From an uncultured Gammaproteobacteria bacterium (lineage in GTDB: Bacteria; Patescibacteriota; Patescibacteriia; UBA1558; 2-01-FULL-52-15), in assembly GCA_964402565.1 (NCBI GenBank), contig CAYOCJ010000002.1:475425-512830 (forward strand): DNA of 37,406 bases, written 5' to 3'. The notes under the pieces were generated by a model, which saw only the letters and a program-made list of their open reading frames with translations, was not told the origin of the DNA and did not search any database. Positions 34,728-37,406 of this stretch are shown piece by piece (positions within the stretch are counted from its first letter, which is position 1; every line of letters begins with the position of its first letter). The translations under genes were made by a program, and so were the position numbers.

Positions 34728-35603
34728 ATGCTCACCACTCTTCATACGGTTTTAGCTAAAGCCGAGCGGGGAAAATACGCGATTCCAGCATTTAATGTGA
34801 CCAATCTGGAAACAACGCAGGCTGTGCTTGATGCGGCCGTACAGATGAAATCGCCGGTCATTATCCAGACCTCAGAGGCTGCACTAGAGTACGCCGGCCG
34901 GAAAACATTATTTTCGCTGATGCGTGCTGCAATTGATGAACGCGCGAAATCCATTCCAGTCATAATCCATCTCGATCACGGGAAACATTTTGACATTGTA
35001 AAGCAATGCGTGGAGATCGGGTATTCATCAGTGCATATGGATGCATCTGAACGGCCCTGGCGCGAAAATGTTGCATTGACCAAAAAAGCGGCTGTACTCG
35101 GCCATAAGAAGAGGATCACGGTTCAGGGCGAATTAGGGTATTTGCTTGGGTACGAAGGCATGACCGCAGTACATTTTACTAAACAGGTTATGGAAAAGCT
35201 GATGACAGATCCACAGCAGGCGAGGGTCTTCGTTCAAAAAACAGGCGTCGATACGCTGGCGGTTGCACTGGGCACCGCTCATGGCTATTTCAAAGGCCGC
35301 GAGCGTATTGATTTTAAGCGTCTGCAGGAGATCAAGAAACTGGTCAACGTTCCGATAGTTCTGCACGGGGGCTCGGGTGTTTCAGATCGTGAAATAAAGA
35401 AAGGGATTTCTCTGGGCATACGGATCATTAATATCGACACGTCGCTGCGGCTTCAATTCATGTCCGGGCTGACCCATTCGCTTCTTTCGTATAATCCAAA
35501 ACGAAAAGTAGACTTGCGGCCTTACCTGAAGTCGGCAACCTTGACTATGCAGACTGAAGCGCGTAAACTCATCCAGCTTTTAGGAAGTGCACGGAAAGCC
35601 TGA
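34728..35603 (+). CDS. fba: Class II fructose-bisphosphate aldolase
   Basis: 'YAIPAFNV.N.E', 'HLDHG' and 'LHGGSG' are present. The ATG at 34728 is preferred to the overlapping TTG at 34713. Confidence 0.85.
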   Translation: MLTTLHTVLAKAERGKYAIPAFNVTNLETTQAVLDAAVQMKSPVIIQTSEAALEYAGRKTLFSLMRAAIDERAKSIPVIIHLDHGKHFDIVKQCVEIGYSSVHMDASERPWRENVALTKKAAVLGHKKRITVQGELGYLLGYEGMTAVHFTKQVMEKLMTDPQQARVFVQKTGVDTLAVALGTAHGYFKGRERIDFKRLQEIKKLVNVPIVLHGGSGVSDREIKKGISLGIRIINIDTSLRLQFMSGLTHSLLSYNPKRKVDLRPYLKSATLTMQTEARKLIQLLGSARKA

Positions 35604-35604
35604 T

Positions 35605-36501
35605 ATGCTCATCAATATCATCCTTATCGCGGTCATTGTGGGTACACTTGCATACTCGTTTTTTGTTATTCAGCATACTTTGCCGAGGCTTGCAAACGTC
35701 AATACCAAAACAATGCCCGAAGCGAAACAGGCAGGGATCAAGCGTCAGATACTTGAAGATAAATTGCGGCGTGATTTTCAGAAACGATGGAATATTTTGA
35801 AACGCTTGTTCGTGGTCCAGAATAAGAATAAGGTGGGCACTTTTTTCGGCCGAGCGTATCAGCGATTGCGGGACATGGAGCAGGAGTACCGGACCGCGAG
35901 CAAGAAAGACCTTTCGGCACAGGTTTCGACCTCTCAGTTGATCGAAGAAGCGCTCGCTTCTGCCCGGCAGGCGATACTTGACGAGCAGTATTCGAAAGCC
36001 GAGCAAGTGCTGATCGATGCGCTGAAGTACGATGAGCACAATGTAAAAGCGTATACGCTGCTCGCGCAAGTCTATAAGCATCAAGGCGACTATGATCATG
36101 CGAAGGAAACTCTTGAATTCATTTTGCATCTGACCAATGCGAAAGACCCGGGAATATATTCGAGCCTGGCTGACCTGGCATTGGAGCGAGGAGACCTGCA
36201 CACCGCTCAGGAGGATTACCTGAAGTCTATTTCACTTGACCCGAACAATCACAACTTTTATATCGAACTTGCGGAGGTCTATACTATGCTCGGCGCTCAT
36301 GATAAGGCTCAGGAGGCTGGCCAGAAAGCCCAGGCATTGGCTCCTGCGAACCCTAAAATTCTTGACTTTTTGATAGAAAATAGTATAATCTTGCAAGACA
36401 AAACGAGAGCAAGTGACTATTTGCAGAGACTAGTTGATGCGAATCCAGAGAACGGAAAAATTGCTGCATTTCGCGAACGCATCGATTCCTTGGCGAAGTA
36501 G
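35605..36501 (+). CDS. Membrane-anchored TPR-repeat protein
   Basis: An N-terminal TM segment 'INIILIAVIVGTLAYSFFVI', then TPR-like repeats ('A..Y.KA..........N.KAY.LLA.VY...GDY..A'). Confidence 0.65.
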   Translation: MLINIILIAVIVGTLAYSFFVIQHTLPRLANVNTKTMPEAKQAGIKRQILEDKLRRDFQKRWNILKRLFVVQNKNKVGTFFGRAYQRLRDMEQEYRTASKKDLSAQVSTSQLIEEALASARQAILDEQYSKAEQVLIDALKYDEHNVKAYTLLAQVYKHQGDYDHAKETLEFILHLTNAKDPGIYSSLADLALERGDLHTAQEDYLKSISLDPNNHNFYIELAEVYTMLGAHDKAQEAGQKAQALAPANPKILDFLIENSIILQDKTRASDYLQRLVDANPENGKIAAFRERIDSLAK

Positions 36502-36533
36502 TTGCATGATCCTGTTACGTCATTTTGACGCCG

Positions 36534-36609
36534 GCCACCCTAGCTCAGCTGGTAGAGCAACGGTTTTGTAAACCGTAGGTCGCCGGTTCGAATCCGGCGG
36601 GTGGCTCCA
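36534..36609 (+). tRNA. tRNA-Thr (anticodon TGT), CCA encoded
   Basis: Hand-folded: acceptor GCCACCC/GGGTGGC, D arm GCTC/GAGC, anticodon stem ACGGT/ACCGT with loop TTTGTAA, T arm GCCGG-TTCGAAT-CCGGC. Confidence 0.9.
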
Positions 36610-36686
36610 TTCGACTCCGGTCCAATACAATTGTACCGTCGTTCATGGTCTACCTTCTGCTATCGCAGAACTCGACCAGTTAATAG

Positions 36687-36735
36687 GTGAGCAGGAGTCG
36701 AATGCCCTGAGCGACGAAGCTCGCGAGGAGTCGAA
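36687..36735. repeat. Short GC-rich dispersed repeat motifs (GTGAGCAGGAGTCGAATGCCCTGAGCG... GGAGTCGAACGGGC) in the tRNA-Thr/tRNA-Tyr spacer
   Basis: GGAGTCGAA occurs at 36694-36702 and 36727-36735. GCCCTGAGCG at 36704-36713 recurs at 36898-36907. Confidence 0.6.
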
Positions 36736-36777
36736 CGGGCGGGCCGTTTGAAGAGTTATTTAACAAAGAGAAGTTGA

Positions 36778-36864
36778 GGGTCGGTACCTAAGCGGTCAAC
36801 GGGGACAGACTGTAAATCTGTTGGCTTTATGCCTTCGAAGGTTCGAATCCTTCCCGGCCCACCA
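36778..36864 (+). tRNA. tRNA-Tyr (anticodon GTA), long variable arm, CCA encoded
   Basis: Hand-folded: acceptor GGGTCGG/CCGGCCC (one G-U pair), anticodon stem ACAGA/TCTGT with loop CTGTAAA, a variable stem-loop, and T arm GAAGG-TTCGAAT-CCTTC. Confidence 0.85.
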
Positions 36865-36897
36865 CTCGACTCGCCCTGACGAAGATCCTGACCGTAG

Positions 36898-36963
36898 GCC
36901 CTGAGCGTAGCGAATGGGGCGCAGTCGAAGGAAGCGACGAACGTAGTGAGCAGTCGAATGGGC
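36898..36963. repeat. Second cluster of the same GC-rich motifs (GCCCTGAGCG..CAGTCGAAGG..GTGAGCAGTCGAATGGGC)
   Basis: GTGAGCAGTCGAATG (36946-36960) matches GTGAGCAGGAGTCGAATG (36687-36704) apart from a 3-nt indel. Confidence 0.6.
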
Positions 36964-36983
36964 ATGAGATAGAGGGGGTGCAC

Positions 36984-37250
36984 ATGAAGAAAAAGAGGTA
37001 TTATTGTTATCTGGCGCGCTGCAGTGACTATTCTTTATATACCGGCTATTGCGTTGACATTAAAGAACGCGAAAAGAAGCATAATGCTGGTGAAGGTTCC
37101 CGCTATACCAGAAGCAGATTGCCGCTCAAGATAGTTTATTGGGAAAGGTTTATATCAAAATCAAAGGCAATGAGCAGAGAGGCTCAGATCAAGCGTTGGA
37201 CAAAAGTAAAAAAAGAATCTTTGATAAAAAATAATCGCAAGCTGTTGTAA
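36984..37250 (+). CDS. GIY-YIG nuclease family protein (UPF0213-type, stand-alone)
   Basis: 'YYCYLARCSD.SLYTGY..D...R...HN.G.GS.YTR.R.P..IVY.E.F.....A...E.QIK.W.K.KK' is present. The ATG at 36984 is preceded by GAGGGGG. Confidence 0.8.
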   Translation: MKKKRYYCYLARCSDYSLYTGYCVDIKEREKKHNAGEGSRYTRSRLPLKIVYWERFISKSKAMSREAQIKRWTKVKKESLIKNNRKLL

Positions 37251-37406
37251 CTTCCGCACAAGGCGCACCAGCCTAGGGCTGGCAGTTGGAAGCCAGAAAG
37301 AAGTGTACTTTATAAATTAGCGTATGCCGTTGTAGCTTCCGCCCAAGGCGGACCAGCCTAGGGCTGGCAGTTGGAAGCCAGAAAGAAGTGTACTTTATAA
37401 ATTAGC
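37244..37406. repeat. Tandem direct repeat, two 78-nt units (37244-37321 and 37329-37406) separated by 7 nt; the second unit ends at the window edge
   Basis: The units differ at 3 positions. Each contains the nested palindromes CTTCC...GGAAG and CCAGCC-tag-GGCTGG, and unit 2 also has CCGCC-caa-GGCGG. Unit 1 starts inside the last codons of the GIY-YIG gene. Confidence 0.85.

Noticed and set aside
35569-36201. A 210-aa minus-strand ORF antisense to the TPR protein gene, and similarly 34189-34677(-) antisense to tpiA
   Set aside because: The sense-strand products carry unmistakable family motifs (TPR repeats; IANWKM, GHSERR and AYEPVWVIGTG). The antisense ORFs lack starts with an SD or promoter.
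36756-36983. A 75-aa minus-strand ORF
   Set aside because: It lies antisense across tRNA-Tyr and the GC-rich repeat cluster, so it is an artefact of stop-poor repeat sequence.
37244-37406. Possible CRISPR array; the unit begins GTTGTAGCT..., superficially like some type II repeats
   Set aside because: 78 of every 85 nt are conserved and the 'spacer' is only 7 nt. No cas genes are present. The geometry is that of a tandem duplication, not a repeat-spacer array.
1-37406. Alternative genetic code (UGA recoding, as in some CPR lineages)
   Set aside because: Several well-defined genes end at TGA exactly where homologs end (HAD at 8030, gpsA at 21126, DapF-like at 22684, asnS at 28267) and are followed by promoters, terminators or next-gene starts. 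No conserved protein appears interrupted by an in-frame TGA.

Overview
The window is gene-dense and mostly plus-strand, and it uses the standard code: TGA ends the HAD, gpsA, DapF-like and asnS genes, each followed by a sensible intergenic region or next start. It reads like a small-genome bacterium, possibly Patescibacteria/CPR-like. That placement is an inference from content: a T4SS-pilin-like mini-protein, a DUF5668-type mini membrane protein, a GAD-less AspRS, a GIY-YIG gene beside tRNAs, and short GC-rich 'GAGTCGAA' repeats.

Contents, 5' to 3':
- A 5'-truncated giant surface repeat protein, a histidine phosphatase, and a DUF2339 membrane protein paired with a discoidin/TSP3-repeat secreted protein.
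- RNHCP, rlmH and HAD genes, then tRNA-Asn.
- A copper module: csoR, copA, an HMA-DsbD_2 membrane protein and a cupredoxin-like protein.
- Two DUF1801 paralogs, cfa, a ZIP transporter, an unknown membrane protein, msrA and a compact serpin-like protein.
- msrB, an orphan anti-sigma-type HATPase, DUF167, gpsA and a small Cys-motif membrane protein.
- A promoter, roughly 160-nt structured element and terminator, followed by a DapF homolog that appears to lack both catalytic cysteines.
- A Cas4/RecB-like PD-(D/E)XK nuclease, VanW, ccdA and a CoA-binding protein.
- asnS, a pilin-like gene, aspS, a wHTH protein and a YbaK-like deacylase.
- scpA, scpB, a pseudouridine synthase, a D,D-carboxypeptidase, tpiA, fba and a TPR protein.
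- tRNA-Thr, tRNA-Tyr, a GIY-YIG gene, and a tandem 78-nt repeat cut by the window end.

I do not recognise a clear multi-gene novel system. The best leads are the Cys-less DapF-like gene with its structured upstream element (21.6-22.7 kb), the compact divergent serpin-like gene, the duplicated C-x-NP-x-TTPC membrane protein, a recurrent leaderless-type promoter geometry (-10 box 6-7 nt before the ATG), the GAD-less AspRS, and the repeat-rich tRNA/GIY-YIG end of the window. All homology calls come from by-eye motif recognition; no searches were run.
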